A stretch of DNA of 64,000 nucleotides from an uncultured Acidobacteriaceae bacterium (lineage in GTDB: Bacteria > Acidobacteriota > Terriglobia > Terriglobales > Acidobacteriaceae), in NCBI GenBank assembly GCA_963734215.1, contig CAVTGH010000006.1:69453-133452 (forward strand), in the 5' to 3' direction. The notes below the pieces were generated by a model, which did not search any database, was not told where the DNA came from, and saw only the letters and a program-made list of their open reading frames with translations. This document shows positions 25,308 to 36,043 of this stretch, in pieces; the stretch's first letter is position 1, and every line of letters starts with the position of its first letter. Made by a program: the position numbers and the translations under genes.

Positions 25308-26516
25308 TCAGGGGGTAGGGTTTGTGGGCTGGGCTGGGGCGGAGGTTCGCACGCCGGAGGCGTTGAAAGTGTAGGTGCGGACTTCGCCGGGGTTGCCGCT
25401 GGCGGGAATTTCTTCGCCGTTGAACAGGAAGCTGATGCCGGCGGCGTTGCCAGCTCTTACGGTGATCTCGTGGGCGGCGCGAACGGAAGTGTGAGCGGGG
25501 GCGATGAGAGTTTCGTGGGCGACGGGTTGGCCGTCGGCGGTGATGGCGATCCATGAGGTTTGGTCGGCGCGGATCAGCAGGGTGAATGTGGGCGAGGGCT
25601 GGGCGGCGGCTGGAGAACTGGGTTTCGCTACGGGCGGGTTGATGTTTGGAGCGGATGTGTTTGCGGTGGAGTTGCTGGTGGATGGCGACGGTTTAGGCAG
25701 GCGCGGGGCGGCCGGGGAAGCGGCGGCCGGCAATGGGCGAGTTGGGGCGGCGGACGCGAGGGCGGCGGGAGCGGGCGATGGATGGGAAGCCGCGGGCTGC
25801 GATGCGGCGGCGGACTGGTGGTGACGGCGAAGGGTCCAGAGGGCCAGAGCTAGCGTGATCAGGAGCAGGGCGGTGGCGAGTTTTCCGAAGGGGACGCGGC
25901 GGGTGGAATCCGCCGCGGGGGTGGGTGCCGCCGGCGCGATTGGTTCGGAATGGCTGTGCGGCGGGTGCGAAGACGGCGGTGCGGAAGTGCGGTGCGGGAA
26001 AGAAAGAGGCGGCGCGGGAACAACGCCGTCGAGGCTTTCGTCGGGACGAGCTTCATTGGGACGAGCTTCATGAGGGGGAAACTCACGGTCTTCGCGGCGG
26101 CGAGTTTCTTTGCGGCGGGCTTCGGCGCGGCGATCCGCAGCCGGATCGGTTGCGTGCGCGCCGGTGATGGATTTGCCGGCGGGGGCTCGGAAATCGGGGA
26201 GAATGGTCTGGGAGTGAATCTGGCTCTCGCCCAAGGCGGCCAGATAATCGGCGATGGTCTCTTCTTCGTCGAGGCCGACCTGGCGGGCATAAGCGCGGAC
26301 AAAACCCTTGTTGAAGACGCCGCCGGGAAGCTGGTCAAAGCGTTCGTTTTCGATGGCGCTCAACATGCGCGTGCTGATTTTTGTGACGCTGGAGATGGCG
26401 TCGAGCGAGATGGCGCGCTGCTCGCGCTGTTGGCGAAGTTTTTCTCCGAACGCACCCACGATGGACTCCAGCGGGCGGGATGAAGATTTCCCCCGGCCGC
26501 ATCGATATGCGAACAA
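25308..26516 (-). CDS. rodZ: Cytoskeleton protein RodZ-like (XRE HTH, Pro/Ala-rich linker with TM, DUF4115)
   Basis: FGEKLRQQREQRAISLDAISSVTKISTRMLSAIENERFDQLPGGVFNKGFVRAYARQVGLD. TM segment LATALLLITLALALWTL. C-terminus TLLIRADQTSWIAITADGQPV...ITVRAGNAAGISFLFNGEEI. Confidence 0.85.
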   Translation of the reverse strand: MFAYRCGRGKSSSRPLESIVGAFGEKLRQQREQRAISLDAISSVTKISTRMLSAIENERFDQLPGGVFNKGFVRAYARQVGLDEEETIADYLAALGESQIHSQTILPDFRAPAGKSITGAHATDPAADRRAEARRKETRRREDREFPPHEARPNEARPDESLDGVVPAPPLSFPHRTSAPPSSHPPHSHSEPIAPAAPTPAADSTRRVPFGKLATALLLITLALALWTLRRHHQSAAASQPAASHPSPAPAALASAAPTRPLPAAASPAAPRLPKPSPSTSNSTANTSAPNINPPVAKPSSPAAAQPSPTFTLLIRADQTSWIAITADGQPVAHETLIAPAHTSVRAAHEITVRAGNAAGISFLFNGEEIPASGNPGEVRTYTFNASGVRTSAPAQPTNPTP

Positions 26517-26607
26517 TCATAGGCGAAAGGCGGGCAGGTACGCCAGAACAGATGGGATGATGGAGGTTACCACGGGGGGATGAAGTTCGTACCGTCCCTG
26601 TCTATGT

Positions 26608-27033
26608 CTATGGCTGAGGTTCTTTCCGTAGCACGATGGTGAATTGCGTCTGGCAGGTTTTCGCGGGGTCGTCGAAGACGGAGCCTTCGCGGCCGCCTTC
26701 CGAGGCGCGGAAGAAGAGCCCTTGCTTGGGATTCTCGGGGAGGCCGATGAAGCGGGCTTTTCCGTCGGCATTGGTTCCGACCTCGAGGTCAAGTTTGTGG
26801 AGGCGCATGAATCGGTAGGCGATGTGGACGCGGATGTTGGCGGCATAGACGGGCGCAGCGGCGGCATCGGTGACGGTGAAATCGGCGGTGCAGGGGCCGA
26901 GGCCGGCGTTGACTACGGCGACGGTTTTTGGGTCAACCGGCGGCGCGGCGTGGGATTGCGCGGCGGCGAGAGAAGAGAATGCGAGGGTGAGCAGGGTGGC
27001 GAGCGCGAATCTGTAGCGGTCCGTCGTTAGCAT
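26608..27033 (-). CDS. Secreted hypothetical protein (carboxypeptidase-regulatory-like fold suspected)
   Basis: Signal peptide RFALATLLTLAFSSLAAAQS. Beta-rich ...VYAANIRVHIAYRF...TNADGKARFIGLP. Confidence 0.5.
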   Translation of the reverse strand: MLTTDRYRFALATLLTLAFSSLAAAQSHAAPPVDPKTVAVVNAGLGPCTADFTVTDAAAAPVYAANIRVHIAYRFMRLHKLDLEVGTNADGKARFIGLPENPKQGLFFRASEGGREGSVFDDPAKTCQTQFTIVLRKEPQP

Positions 27034-27305
27034 ACTGTATTAGAGTACGCAGGGTGGACTGGCGGGTCAAGGAAGGATGGTCAGGTCCCGGCAGCGGCCA
27101 GCGCCTTGCTATGGCGAACATCCCATTGGCGTTAGGGGTTCCGGTTACCAACGTTCATTGCCCGCAGTGGGGATAGGAATCTATAATTTTTGGAACTGTC
27201 ACTCGTCCACGCAACGGATCGTTCACTGCGGAACTCGAGTAACGATTCGAAGATCACGTCTCAAGGAAGAATACTGGCGGGCCGGAGCGCCCGCAGCAAC
27301 GGGAG

Positions 27306-28373
27306 ATGAAGGAAACCCGCATGTCCGAGGCTACCGGCACACAACTAACCCGCCAGAGCCAGGAGCTCAACATATTTCACGACGTGGCGAAGGCGCTCAC
27401 GTCGTCGCTGGACCTCGACTCGATTCTGCAAACCATCATGGAAAAAATGGCGGAATACTTCCGCCCGGACACATGGTCGTTGCTGATGGTGGATGAGCAT
27501 AAGGATGAACTGTACTTCGCGATTGCGGTGGGCGATGCGGCGGAGGCTTTGAAGAATGTGCGGTTGAAGGTGGGCGAGGGAATTGCGGGGTGGGTGGCGA
27601 AGCATGGCGAGCAGGTGATTTCGAACGATGTGGATCACGATCCGCGGTTTGCGAAACGGATCGACGAAGCCACACAGTGGGAGACGCGGTCGATTATTGC
27701 GGTGCCGCTGCGGTCGAGGCTGCGGGTGCTGGGCGTGATCCAGTTGGTGAACGTGGACCGGGAGCAATTCAACGAGCAGGAAGTCTTTTTCCTGCAGGCG
27801 CTGTGCGACTACGCGGCGATAGCGATTGAGAATGCGCGCTGGGTGGAGAAGATACAGGAACTTACCATCACCGACGACTGCACCGGACTCTATAATGCGC
27901 GGCATCTCTACAAGACACTGGAGACGGAGGTTTACCGCTCGTCGCGGTTTGGATACGAGTTCAGCGTGCTGTTTATCGACCTGGATCACTTCAAGGCGGT
28001 GAACGATACGCATGGACATCTGATTGGCAGCAAGCTGCTGGCGGAGATTGGGTATCTGGTGAAGGCGCAGCTGCGTTTGATCGATTTTGCGTTTCGTTAC
28101 GGTGGCGACGAATTTGTGGTGCTGCTGCCGCAGACTGGGAAGGATCAGGCACTGGTGGTAGCCAAGCGGCTGCGCGATGGGCTCCGGGCCAGCAGTTTTT
28201 GCCGCGACGAAGGATTGAATTTGAATATTCGGGCTTCGATCGGACTGGCGACCTATCCGCACGATGCGCGCGACGCGCATGACATCATCCGGCAGGCCGA
28301 TGAGATGATGTATCTGGTGAAGAACACGACGCGGGACAATATTGGGATTGCGCAGCGGGGAGTGATGAAGTGA
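27306..28373 (+). CDS. GAF-domain diguanylate cyclase (GGDEF)
   Basis: GAF: LDSILQTIMEKMAEYFRPDTWSLLMVD...GEGIAGWVAKHGEQVISNDV. GGDEF: TGLYNARHL...FIDLDHFKAVNDTHGH...RYGGDEFVVLLP. Confidence 0.92.
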   Translation: MKETRMSEATGTQLTRQSQELNIFHDVAKALTSSLDLDSILQTIMEKMAEYFRPDTWSLLMVDEHKDELYFAIAVGDAAEALKNVRLKVGEGIAGWVAKHGEQVISNDVDHDPRFAKRIDEATQWETRSIIAVPLRSRLRVLGVIQLVNVDREQFNEQEVFFLQALCDYAAIAIENARWVEKIQELTITDDCTGLYNARHLYKTLETEVYRSSRFGYEFSVLFIDLDHFKAVNDTHGHLIGSKLLAEIGYLVKAQLRLIDFAFRYGGDEFVVLLPQTGKDQALVVAKRLRDGLRASSFCRDEGLNLNIRASIGLATYPHDARDAHDIIRQADEMMYLVKNTTRDNIGIAQRGVMK

Positions 28374-28458
28374 AATTGAGCGATTGAGTGATCGGGCCAT
28401 TGAGCGATTGAAAAAAGATTTTTCAATTGCCCAATCTCACAATCGCTCGATGGTTCAA

Positions 28459-29523
28459 TTATTGATTGTCTTTCTGCTTCTGTGGTGCGGAAGCGTCCCT
28501 ATCCTTCTTCTCGTCCTTCACATCCGGGGTCCAGGGGTTGGGGTTGGCGGGGGCGTTGGGATTGACGCTGAAGGGCCAGACGTAGAGGTTCATGGCTTCC
28601 GATCCATTTCCATTCGTTTCGAGAATGGCGTATTCGCCGGGCGCGAGGTCTGTGGTGGGAGTTAGTTTGAGCCATCCGGCGCCGATGCGATCGATGGTGG
28701 CCTTCACGGAATTTTCATCCTGACTGATCTTGCCGGTGGTGGCGCGCTTGAGATCGGCGACAATGCGTTTGCCGCTTTTCCCTTTCAGGTGAACGATGCG
28801 GAAACGGTCGAAAGGAACCATGGCTTGCTCGGGCTGTTGCGGCTGTTCGGGCTTGGCGCGAGGAGCGTCGAGACTGGGTTGGGAGGGTTGAGCGGAGGCG
28901 GTTTGGCCGGGAGGGGGCGTGGGTGCCGCAGGTTCGTCGTCGATCTTGATGTAGATGGAAGGCACGGCGACGTGGGCGTAGACCGCGGCGTGTTCGCCCT
29001 CAAGTTCAATGGTCGCCTTGGCGCCTCCGACGACTCCACGAAAGATGTTGGCCTTGGAGTTGCGATTGATGTCGCCCTCGTTTTGCTGCACTTCAACCAG
29101 TTGCGGCTGGCCTTTGAAGTTATCGAGCAAGAACATTCCGGAAAGATCCGGCAGGCGCAGGCCGGGAGCGACTTGCGGAAGGCGGGACTGTTCGGCTTCG
29201 CGGTCGGCGTCGGTCTCCTTGTCGATGAGAGCGGCTTCGGGGATGGCCGGTGCGGCGGCGCGGTCTTTCTCGTATTGTTCGGTGGCCGGCCAGTTGACGA
29301 GCGATGACGGGAGTTCTTCCCATTCTTCGCGCTCGGCGCTGAGGTAGCGGACGCGGTCGCCTTTGACTTCATATTTCGTGATGGATTGATAAGAGCCATC
29401 TTTGAGGATGAGGCGGCGGGCAAGTTGCTGGGCCGGGGAATGTGGGGGGAGTGCGAGAACGAGGGCTGCCAGGGCGAGCGTGGCAAGGAGTATGCGATGG
29501 GAGCGCGTGATTGCGGAGGCCAT
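28459..29523 (-). CDS. Secreted hypothetical protein
   Basis: Start moved to Met25 (ATG 29523), giving the signal peptide MASAITRSHRILLATLALAALVLALPPHSPAQQ. No recognisable family. Confidence 0.5.
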   Translation of the reverse strand: MASAITRSHRILLATLALAALVLALPPHSPAQQLARRLILKDGSYQSITKYEVKGDRVRYLSAEREEWEELPSSLVNWPATEQYEKDRAAAPAIPEAALIDKETDADREAEQSRLPQVAPGLRLPDLSGMFLLDNFKGQPQLVEVQQNEGDINRNSKANIFRGVVGGAKATIELEGEHAAVYAHVAVPSIYIKIDDEPAAPTPPPGQTASAQPSQPSLDAPRAKPEQPQQPEQAMVPFDRFRIVHLKGKSGKRIVADLKRATTGKISQDENSVKATIDRIGAGWLKLTPTTDLAPGEYAILETNGNGSEAMNLYVWPFSVNPNAPANPNPWTPDVKDEKKDRDASAPQKQKDNQ

Positions 29524-29690
29524 ACTTTTCCTGATGATCGCCTTCTCGATTATCTTTTTCTTGATTATCGTCCCGAATGGTTTTTTCGCCAACATCCGGT
29601 TGGATGCGGCTTCGCGTTTTCGTGGAGACAGGGCCGGGGCCTTGCCGTCGGATTTCCGTCCGATCGGTGCTCTGCGATAGAGTGAGAGCC

Positions 29691-30689
29691 ATGAAGCGAA
29701 CGCTGCAACAGATTGCCGAGGCAGTTGGAGCCAGGCTGCAAGGGGATGGGAGCGTTCAGGTGAGCGGGGTGGCGAGTCTCGCGTCGGCTGCGGCGGACGA
29801 CCTTGTGTTTGTGGAAGACGAAAAATATCTTTCGGCGGCGCTGCGGTCGGGCGCTGGGGCGGTGATTGCGGGAGAGTTCGCGGCGGCTTCGTCGGGCAAA
29901 CCGCTGCTGATCTGCCGTCATCCGAAGCTGGCGTTTGCGCGGGCCGCGCGAATGGTGCAGGACGTGAGTGGGGAGGGGATTGCGAGTGGGGTCCACGCTA
30001 GTGCGGTGGTGGATTCTTCGGCGCGTCTGGCGCAGGGTGTGGTGGTGGAGGCACACGCCGTGATTGCCGGGGATGCGGAGATCGGAGAGAACACGCGGAT
30101 CGGCGCGGGGTGCGCCATTGGGCGCGGAGCGAGGATCGGGCGGGAGTGCGGGATTTATCCGAATGTGACGATTTACGCGGGGACCACGGTGGGGAATCGC
30201 GTGATGGTTCATGCAGGCGCGGTGCTGGGAAGCGATGGCTTCGGATACGTGCGCGACGCGAAGAGCGGAGGTTACGAGAAATTTCCGCAGGTAGGCAGGC
30301 TGGTGATTGAAGATGACGTGGAGATCGGCGCCAACACGACGATCGACCGCGGCGCGCTCGACGAAACGCGGATCGGGCGGGGAACGAAGATCGACAACCT
30401 GGTACACATTGGGCACAACTGCCGGCTGGGGGAGAATGTGGTGATTGCGGCGCAGACCGGGCTTTCGGGCAGCATTGTGATTGAGAATGACGTTGTGCTC
30501 GGCGGACAGGTGGGCATTGGCGAACATGCGCGCATCGAAGAAGGAGTGATGCTGGGGGGGCAGGGCGGAGTGTTGCCGAATAAAGTTTTGCGCGGCAAGG
30601 GCGTGGCGTTTTGGGGAACTCCGGCACAGCCGGTGCGGGAGTATTTGAAGCAACTGGCGGCGCTGGCACGGCTGGTAAAGAAGAGGTAG
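29691..30689 (+). CDS. lpxD: UDP-3-O-acylglucosamine N-acyltransferase
   Basis: Start at ATG 29691 ([20 protein letters not shown]). Left-handed beta-helix hexapeptide repeats and [24 protein letters not shown]. Confidence 0.9.
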   Translation: MKRTLQQIAEAVGARLQGDGSVQVSGVASLASAAADDLVFVEDEKYLSAALRSGAGAVIAGEFAAASSGKPLLICRHPKLAFARAARMVQDVSGEGIASGVHASAVVDSSARLAQGVVVEAHAVIAGDAEIGENTRIGAGCAIGRGARIGRECGIYPNVTIYAGTTVGNRVMVHAGAVLGSDGFGYVRDAKSGGYEKFPQVGRLVIEDDVEIGANTTIDRGALDETRIGRGTKIDNLVHIGHNCRLGENVVIAAQTGLSGSIVIENDVVLGGQVGIGEHARIEEGVMLGGQGGVLPNKVLRGKGVAFWGTPAQPVREYLKQLAALARLVKKR

Positions 30690-30691
30690 AT

Positions 30692-31339
30692 GTGGCGATC
30701 ATTGTGATTGGCGGGCATTCGCGAAGCGTGGGGAAAACCAGCGTGGTTGCGGGGCTGATCGCCGCGTTGCGCGAGTACGATTGGACGGCGGTGAAGATTA
30801 CGCAATATGGACATGGAGTTTGCTCGGCCAATGGAGCGCCGTGCGACTGCGCGACGGACGATCATACGTGGGCGATTTCGGAGGAGAAAGATCGCGGAGG
30901 AGAATCGGACACGTCCCGCTTTTTGATTGCGGGGGCAACGCGGGCGCTGTGGGTACGGACGGAGCAGGGAAGGCTGGCCGAGGCGATGCCGGCATTGCGC
31001 AAGCGGCTGGAGCGGTCATGCAATGTGATGGTGGAATCGAATAGCGTGTTGAAGTTCATTCGTCCGGATTTGTATATGACCGTGCTCGATCCGGGCACGG
31101 AGGATTTCAAGAAGTCTTCGAGGGAATTTTTGGATCGGGCCGGGGCGGTGATTCTGCATGAGCAGGCGGGTGGGCCGGCGTGGCAAGGGGTTTCCTTGAA
31201 GCTGGTGGCGGGACGGCCGGTGTTTCGGATTACGCCTCCGGATTATGTGACGGAGGAGGTTGTGGAGTTCGTGCGTGCTTTCGTGGTGATGCCGAGGAAA
31301 GCAGGTTCCTCACCGAGCTTTCAGCTCGGTTCGGAATGA
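30692..31339 (+). CDS. P-loop NTPase-like hypothetical protein (MobB-like Walker A)
   Basis: GTG 30692 with AAGAAGAGG upstream. VAIIVIGGHSRSVGKTSVVAGLIAAL. Function unknown. Confidence 0.45.
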   Translation: MAIIVIGGHSRSVGKTSVVAGLIAALREYDWTAVKITQYGHGVCSANGAPCDCATDDHTWAISEEKDRGGESDTSRFLIAGATRALWVRTEQGRLAEAMPALRKRLERSCNVMVESNSVLKFIRPDLYMTVLDPGTEDFKKSSREFLDRAGAVILHEQAGGPAWQGVSLKLVAGRPVFRITPPDYVTEEVVEFVRAFVVMPRKAGSSPSFQLGSE

Positions 31340-31393
31340 CAAGGGTGTTTTGACAAGGCTACCATTCTGCTCTCCGCTCGCCAGTAAACGGTT

Positions 31394-33034
31394 TTGTTAT
31401 CCTTGCCGGTGCGGCAAATTCATTACAGCGCGTGGCTGTTGGTGGGACTTTCCTCGCTGTTGCAGGTCCTGATTTTTCCTCTTCCCGGATTGTATGTTTT
31501 GTCGTGGGTGGCGTTCGCTCCGTTGATTGTGGCGGTGCTGCGGGCGCGGCCGGCGGGCGCGCTTGAGGTCGATGGCGCCGTCCATCTTCAGGCTGCGACG
31601 CCGGGACAGGCATTTCTACTGGCGTATGCTTCGGGAATTTTATGGTATGCGGGCACGTGTTACTGGATTTATGACACGATGCATCAGTACGGCGGGCTGA
31701 GCTGGCCGCTGGCGCTGCTGGCGCTTTTTCTCTTCTGCCTTTATCTCGGGCTTTATCACGGACTGTTTGGCTTGCTGCTGGGGTTGGCCGCGGGACCGGG
31801 GCGCGATAACCGGCGGGTGTTGATCGCTGTGCCGTTTCTGTGGGTGGCGGTGGAGTTGGCGCGGACGCGGGTTACTGGATTTCCCTGGGACCTGCTGGGC
31901 ACGGCGCAGGTGGACAATATTTCGCTCAGCCGCATCACCACCTTAACCGGCGTGTACGGGGTCTCGTTCGAGATCATGCTGGTGAACGTGGCGGTAGCCG
32001 CGGCGTTCCTGGTGCCGAGAAAGAAGCGGAACACGCTGTTGCTGGCGGCGTTGGCGGCTGCGGCCGTGCTGCAGGCTGGTAGGCTGGTGGATGCGCCTGC
32101 GATTCCGGCGGATCATGCCGCGCTGCTGGTGCAGGAAAACATTCCGGTGGATGAGAACTGGACGCGCAACACTTTCGAGCGCACGCTGCGCGAATTGACT
32201 GATCTCAGTGTGAAGGCGGACGCTTCCAATTCATCTTCCCGCGCTGACTTCACGGCAGGCAGAGCGGATCTGATCGTGTGGCCGGAATCTCCAGCGCCTT
32301 TTTTCACGAATGATCCGCTGTTTCGCGAACCGGTGAGCGAGATGGCGCGCGCCGCTCATAGTTGGGTGGTGACGGGTGCGATCGGCAGCACGCCTGCGGC
32401 GCAGAGCGGCGCGTCAACGGGCACTTCGGCTCGGGAGGTGTTCAATTCGGCTGCGCTGGTGAGTCCTTCGGGCGATTGGACTGCGCGTTATGACAAGGTG
32501 CATCTGGTGCCATTCGGAGAGTATTTGCCGTTCCCGCAGTTGTTCGCGTTTGCCGGGGGACTGACGAAAGAAGTGGGAGAGTTTAAGGCGGGAACGTCGC
32601 GGGCGCCGCTGGAGGCGGGAAGCACGCGGCTGGGAATTTTTATTTGCTATGAGTCCGTGTTCCCGGACGAAGTGCGGCAGTTTGCGAATCAAGGCGCGCA
32701 GGCGTTCGTGAACCTCTCGAACGACGGCTGGTATGGGGATAGCGGGGCTTACGCGCAGCATTTGAATCAGACGCGCATGCGGGCAATCGAGAACGACCGC
32801 TGGATTTTGAGTGCGACAGATACGGGCGTGACGGCCTCGATCGATCCTTATGGGCGGACGGTGGCGCGGCTTCCGCGGAAGGAGCGCGGGGCGCTGGTTG
32901 CGCCGTATGCCCTCACTTCCGTAACCACGTTTTACACGCGGCACGGGGATTGGTTCGCGTTTCTGTGTGCGATAATTTCAGCAGGGGCGCTGGTCACGCG
33001 CTTCGTATCGAAGAAAGCGGAAGCATCCTCATGA
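31394..33034 (+). CDS. lnt: Apolipoprotein N-acyltransferase
   Basis: Multi-TM N-terminus plus a CN-hydrolase domain (LIVWPESPAP, KVHLVPFGEYLP, GIFICYESVFPDEV, NLSNDGWYG). Confidence 0.9.
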   Translation: MLSLPVRQIHYSAWLLVGLSSLLQVLIFPLPGLYVLSWVAFAPLIVAVLRARPAGALEVDGAVHLQAATPGQAFLLAYASGILWYAGTCYWIYDTMHQYGGLSWPLALLALFLFCLYLGLYHGLFGLLLGLAAGPGRDNRRVLIAVPFLWVAVELARTRVTGFPWDLLGTAQVDNISLSRITTLTGVYGVSFEIMLVNVAVAAAFLVPRKKRNTLLLAALAAAAVLQAGRLVDAPAIPADHAALLVQENIPVDENWTRNTFERTLRELTDLSVKADASNSSSRADFTAGRADLIVWPESPAPFFTNDPLFREPVSEMARAAHSWVVTGAIGSTPAAQSGASTGTSAREVFNSAALVSPSGDWTARYDKVHLVPFGEYLPFPQLFAFAGGLTKEVGEFKAGTSRAPLEAGSTRLGIFICYESVFPDEVRQFANQGAQAFVNLSNDGWYGDSGAYAQHLNQTRMRAIENDRWILSATDTGVTASIDPYGRTVARLPRKERGALVAPYALTSVTTFYTRHGDWFAFLCAIISAGALVTRFVSKKAEASS

Positions 33035-34138
33035 ATCAAGAATTCGAGCAGGAATACGGGTCACTCAGCAAGAAGGTGCGCGAGCTCCGGGAGTATCTTT
33101 GACGCGGACAAACTCCGTCCGCAACTAAGCGAAATCGAGAAGCAGTCCGCCGACCCGAATTTGTGGTCGAATCCGCAGCGTTCGCAGCAGGTGATGCGGG
33201 AGAAAAAGCGGCTGGAACATTTGCTGGCCACCGACGCGGACCTGGGCCGCTGCGGCGACGACATTGCCGCCTACTTCGATTTGGCTAAAGAAGGCGAGAA
33301 TGTGGATGCGGAACTGCGCCGCGAGATCGATTCGCTGCGCGAACTGGTGGACAAGCTGGAGACGGAGACGATGCTCTCCGGCCCAAACGACGCGCTGAAC
33401 GCGATTGTGACCATTCATCCCGGCGCGGGCGGTACGGAATCGCAGGACTGGGCCGACATGCTGCTGCGCATGTATTTGCGATGGGCGGAGCGGCAGGGAT
33501 TCGAGACCGTTCTCTACGATTACCAACCGGGCGAAGAGGCGGGGCTGAAATCGGCGACGTTCGCGGTGAACGGCGAGTACGCTTTCGGGCTGCTGACGAG
33601 CGAAATCGGCGTACACCGGCTGGTGCGGATTTCACCCTTCGATCAGGCGAAGCGACGGCATACGTCGTTTGCCAGCGTTTTTGTCTCGCCGGAAATTGAC
33701 GACAGCATTGAAGTGGTGATCAAGCCGGAAGATATTCGCACCGATACTTACCGGTCGAGCGGCAAGGGCGGGCAGCACGTCAATACAACGGATTCCGCGG
33801 TCAGGATCACGCACCTTGCGACGGGGCTGGTGGCGAGCTGCCAGAATGAGCGTTCGCAGCACAAGAATCGCGAGCGGGCCATGAGCATGTTGCGGTCGAA
33901 GCTTTATGAATTCGAGATGGAGAAAAAGCGCGCGGCTTCCAAGAAGATTGAGGATTCGAAACTCGACAACGATTTTGGATCGCAGATTCGTTCGTATGTG
34001 CTGCAGCCTTACCGGATGATTAAGGACCACCGCACGAAGACCGAGGTGGGTGAGGTGGACCGGGTGCTTGATGGCGACTTGCAGCCGTTTATCCGGGCGT
34101 ATCTGCTGGCGCGGCGCGGGGAGAAACAGGAGAAATAA
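33031..34138 (+). CDS. prfB: Peptide chain release factor 2, requiring the programmed +1 frameshift at CTT TGA C (33097-33103)
   Basis: Frame 0: ATG 33031 MNQEFEQEYGSLSKKVRELREYL-TGA. The +1 frame from GAC 33101: DADKLRPQLSEIEKQSADPNLWSNPQRSQQVM..., in phase with ORF 33161..34138, which carries SPF and GGQ (SSGKGGQHVNTTDSAVRITH). Confidence 0.95.
33089..33103 (+). promoter_or_regulatory. RF2 autoregulatory frameshift signal: SD-like GGGAG, 3-nt spacer, CTT TGA C
   Basis: Read directly: cgGGGAGtatCTTTGAC. Confidence 0.9.
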
Positions 34139-34140
34139 TA

Positions 34141-34749
34141 GTGGGCGGGAAGCAAGGAAACGCGATCAAGCTTGGGCCGCGGTTTCTGCGCGCATTGGCT
34201 TTCGCGGCGGAGAAACATGCGGGGCAGACGCGGAAGGCTTCGACGATTCCTTTCATCGCGCACTTGATGGGAGTGGCTTCTCTGGCGCTGGAGTTTGGCG
34301 GCGACGAGGATGTGGCGATTGCGGCGTTGCTGCACGATGTGGTGGAAGATTGCGGCGGAGCGCCCATGCTGAAGGAAGTGAGACGCAGGTTTGGGACGCG
34401 GGTGGCGAAGATTGTGGATGGCTGCACGGACTCGGATAGCGATCCGAAGCCGCCCTGGCGCGAGCGCAAGGAAGCTTATATCCGGCATTTGAAGAGCGCG
34501 GACGCCGACACCAAACTGGTTTCCGCCGCGGACAAGCTGAATAACGTCCGCTCTATTCTTTCCGATTACCGGGAGGTCGGGGAATCCATTTGGGCGCGTT
34601 TCAATGGGGGGCGCGATGGCACTCTTTGGTACTATCGGGCGTTGTTGAAGGAATTCAAGAAAGGAAAGCCGAACCGTTTGATTCGCGAGTTGGAACTCGC
34701 GGTGCTGGAACTGGAAGACCGAGCGAAGAAGGTCCGTCCGCATGGCTAG
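34141..34749 (+). CDS. HD-domain (RelA/SpoT-type hydrolase-like) protein
   Basis: FAAEKHAGQTRKASTIPFIAHLMGVASLALEFGGDEDVAIAALLHDVVEDCG. Confidence 0.8.
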   Translation: MGGKQGNAIKLGPRFLRALAFAAEKHAGQTRKASTIPFIAHLMGVASLALEFGGDEDVAIAALLHDVVEDCGGAPMLKEVRRRFGTRVAKIVDGCTDSDSDPKPPWRERKEAYIRHLKSADADTKLVSAADKLNNVRSILSDYREVGESIWARFNGGRDGTLWYYRALLKEFKKGKPNRLIRELELAVLELEDRAKKVRPHG

Positions 34750-36031
34750 GCGAGGTGAACTCATGGGGCGCATGATCGACCAAGTTCGCGCATTGAAGCT
34801 GCCATCGAACATGATGCAGTTTGCGGCGCGGGGCGCACTGTCGGTGCCGCCCGATGAAAATCTTGAAATTCTGGTTTTTCTGGCCAAACACAATAGAATG
34901 TTTGGGGAACTCGCCCGCATGACGCTGGCGGGCTGGGACGAGCAGGCTTCGTTGGCCGCGGCCTCCGACCCGAAGACGGCGCGCGAGGTGCTGGACTACC
35001 TGTGGTCGCCCGAGAATCTGCGTCCGAAGTTGCTGCCGGCACTGTTGGAAAATCCCTCAATCCCCGATAGCGAGTTGGCTAAGTTTGCTGTCTCGGCATC
35101 TCCGGAGAGCATTGCGGCCATGCTGCAGAGTGCGCGAGTGCGGGCCGCGAAGGAAGTTCTCCAGTCTCTGAGATCGAACCCGTACTTGAAGGCTAACGAA
35201 GCGTCCGCGGTTGCCGAACTCCTGGGCGCGGGAAAGACGCCAGCGCCCAATTCTGCCGGCGGCGCTGCGCAGGTTGACGAAACTGTCGCTACGAAGGCCG
35301 GAGAACCAGTCCACGAGCCCGCTCCTGCGGCCAGCGATGAAGCCGGAGAGGTTCCTGAGGAAACAGTTTCCGCCTACATTGCCGAGCACGCGACGGAGAT
35401 TGCGGCGGAGCAGAATAAGCCGTTTCAACCGGTCGGTGGCATTGTGGAACTGTTGGGGACTGAATATTTTCCGGTATCGGAAAACAAAGCGATGACGGAG
35501 ATTGCCGGCAGTGCGGGGAAAGCCGCTGGCGAGTCTGCCAGCGCGGTGGCTGCGGCAAAGGCGGTTTCTAGACCCGCGGCCCATGTGAATCCTCCACCCG
35601 CCCACCGTGACAATGCCATGCAGAAGATCAGCCACCTTGATGTGAAAGGCCGCATCCAGCTGGCATTGAAAGGCAATAAGGAAGAGCGGTCCCTTTTGAT
35701 ACGCGACGGGACGAAGGTGGTGGCGCTGGCGGTGCTGGACGCGCCCAAACTCTCCGATGGAGAAGTGGAAAGGTTCGCCCTGCAGAAGAATGTGCTGGAA
35801 GCGGTGCTGCGGCAGATCCCGCTGAAGCGGCGCTTCATGAAGAATTACGTCGTGGTGCGGAACCTGGTATCGAACCCGCGCACGCCGCTCGATCTTGGGC
35901 TGGGGCTGATGAAGCACCTGCTAACGGTGGATTTGAAGAACATCTCCGCGAACAAAGAAGTTTCTGAAACCGTGCGCAAGCTGGCGCTGAAGATGTACAA
36001 GCAGAAGCTGGATGCGGCGAACAAGAAGTAG
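34742..36031 (+). CDS. Conserved hypothetical protein (helical repeat-like)
   Basis: Coding-like ORF with no family recognised. C-terminus ...VVRNLVSNPRTPLDLGLGLMKHLLTVDLKNIS. Confidence 0.5.
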   Translation: MARRGELMGRMIDQVRALKLPSNMMQFAARGALSVPPDENLEILVFLAKHNRMFGELARMTLAGWDEQASLAAASDPKTAREVLDYLWSPENLRPKLLPALLENPSIPDSELAKFAVSASPESIAAMLQSARVRAAKEVLQSLRSNPYLKANEASAVAELLGAGKTPAPNSAGGAAQVDETVATKAGEPVHEPAPAASDEAGEVPEETVSAYIAEHATEIAAEQNKPFQPVGGIVELLGTEYFPVSENKAMTEIAGSAGKAAGESASAVAAAKAVSRPAAHVNPPPAHRDNAMQKISHLDVKGRIQLALKGNKEERSLLIRDGTKVVALAVLDAPKLSDGEVERFALQKNVLEAVLRQIPLKRRFMKNYVVVRNLVSNPRTPLDLGLGLMKHLLTVDLKNISANKEVSETVRKLALKMYKQKLDAANKK

Positions 36032-36043
36032 AAAAAGAAACTC

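Noticed and set aside
25083-25556. ORF encoding KGKVKSKAKSKAKSRSRSRSRSGSRSKSKSRSK...
   Set aside because: The Lys/Ser/Arg repeat is simply the translation of the intergenic AARRTC microsatellite. The rest overlaps the rodZ 3' end in antisense.
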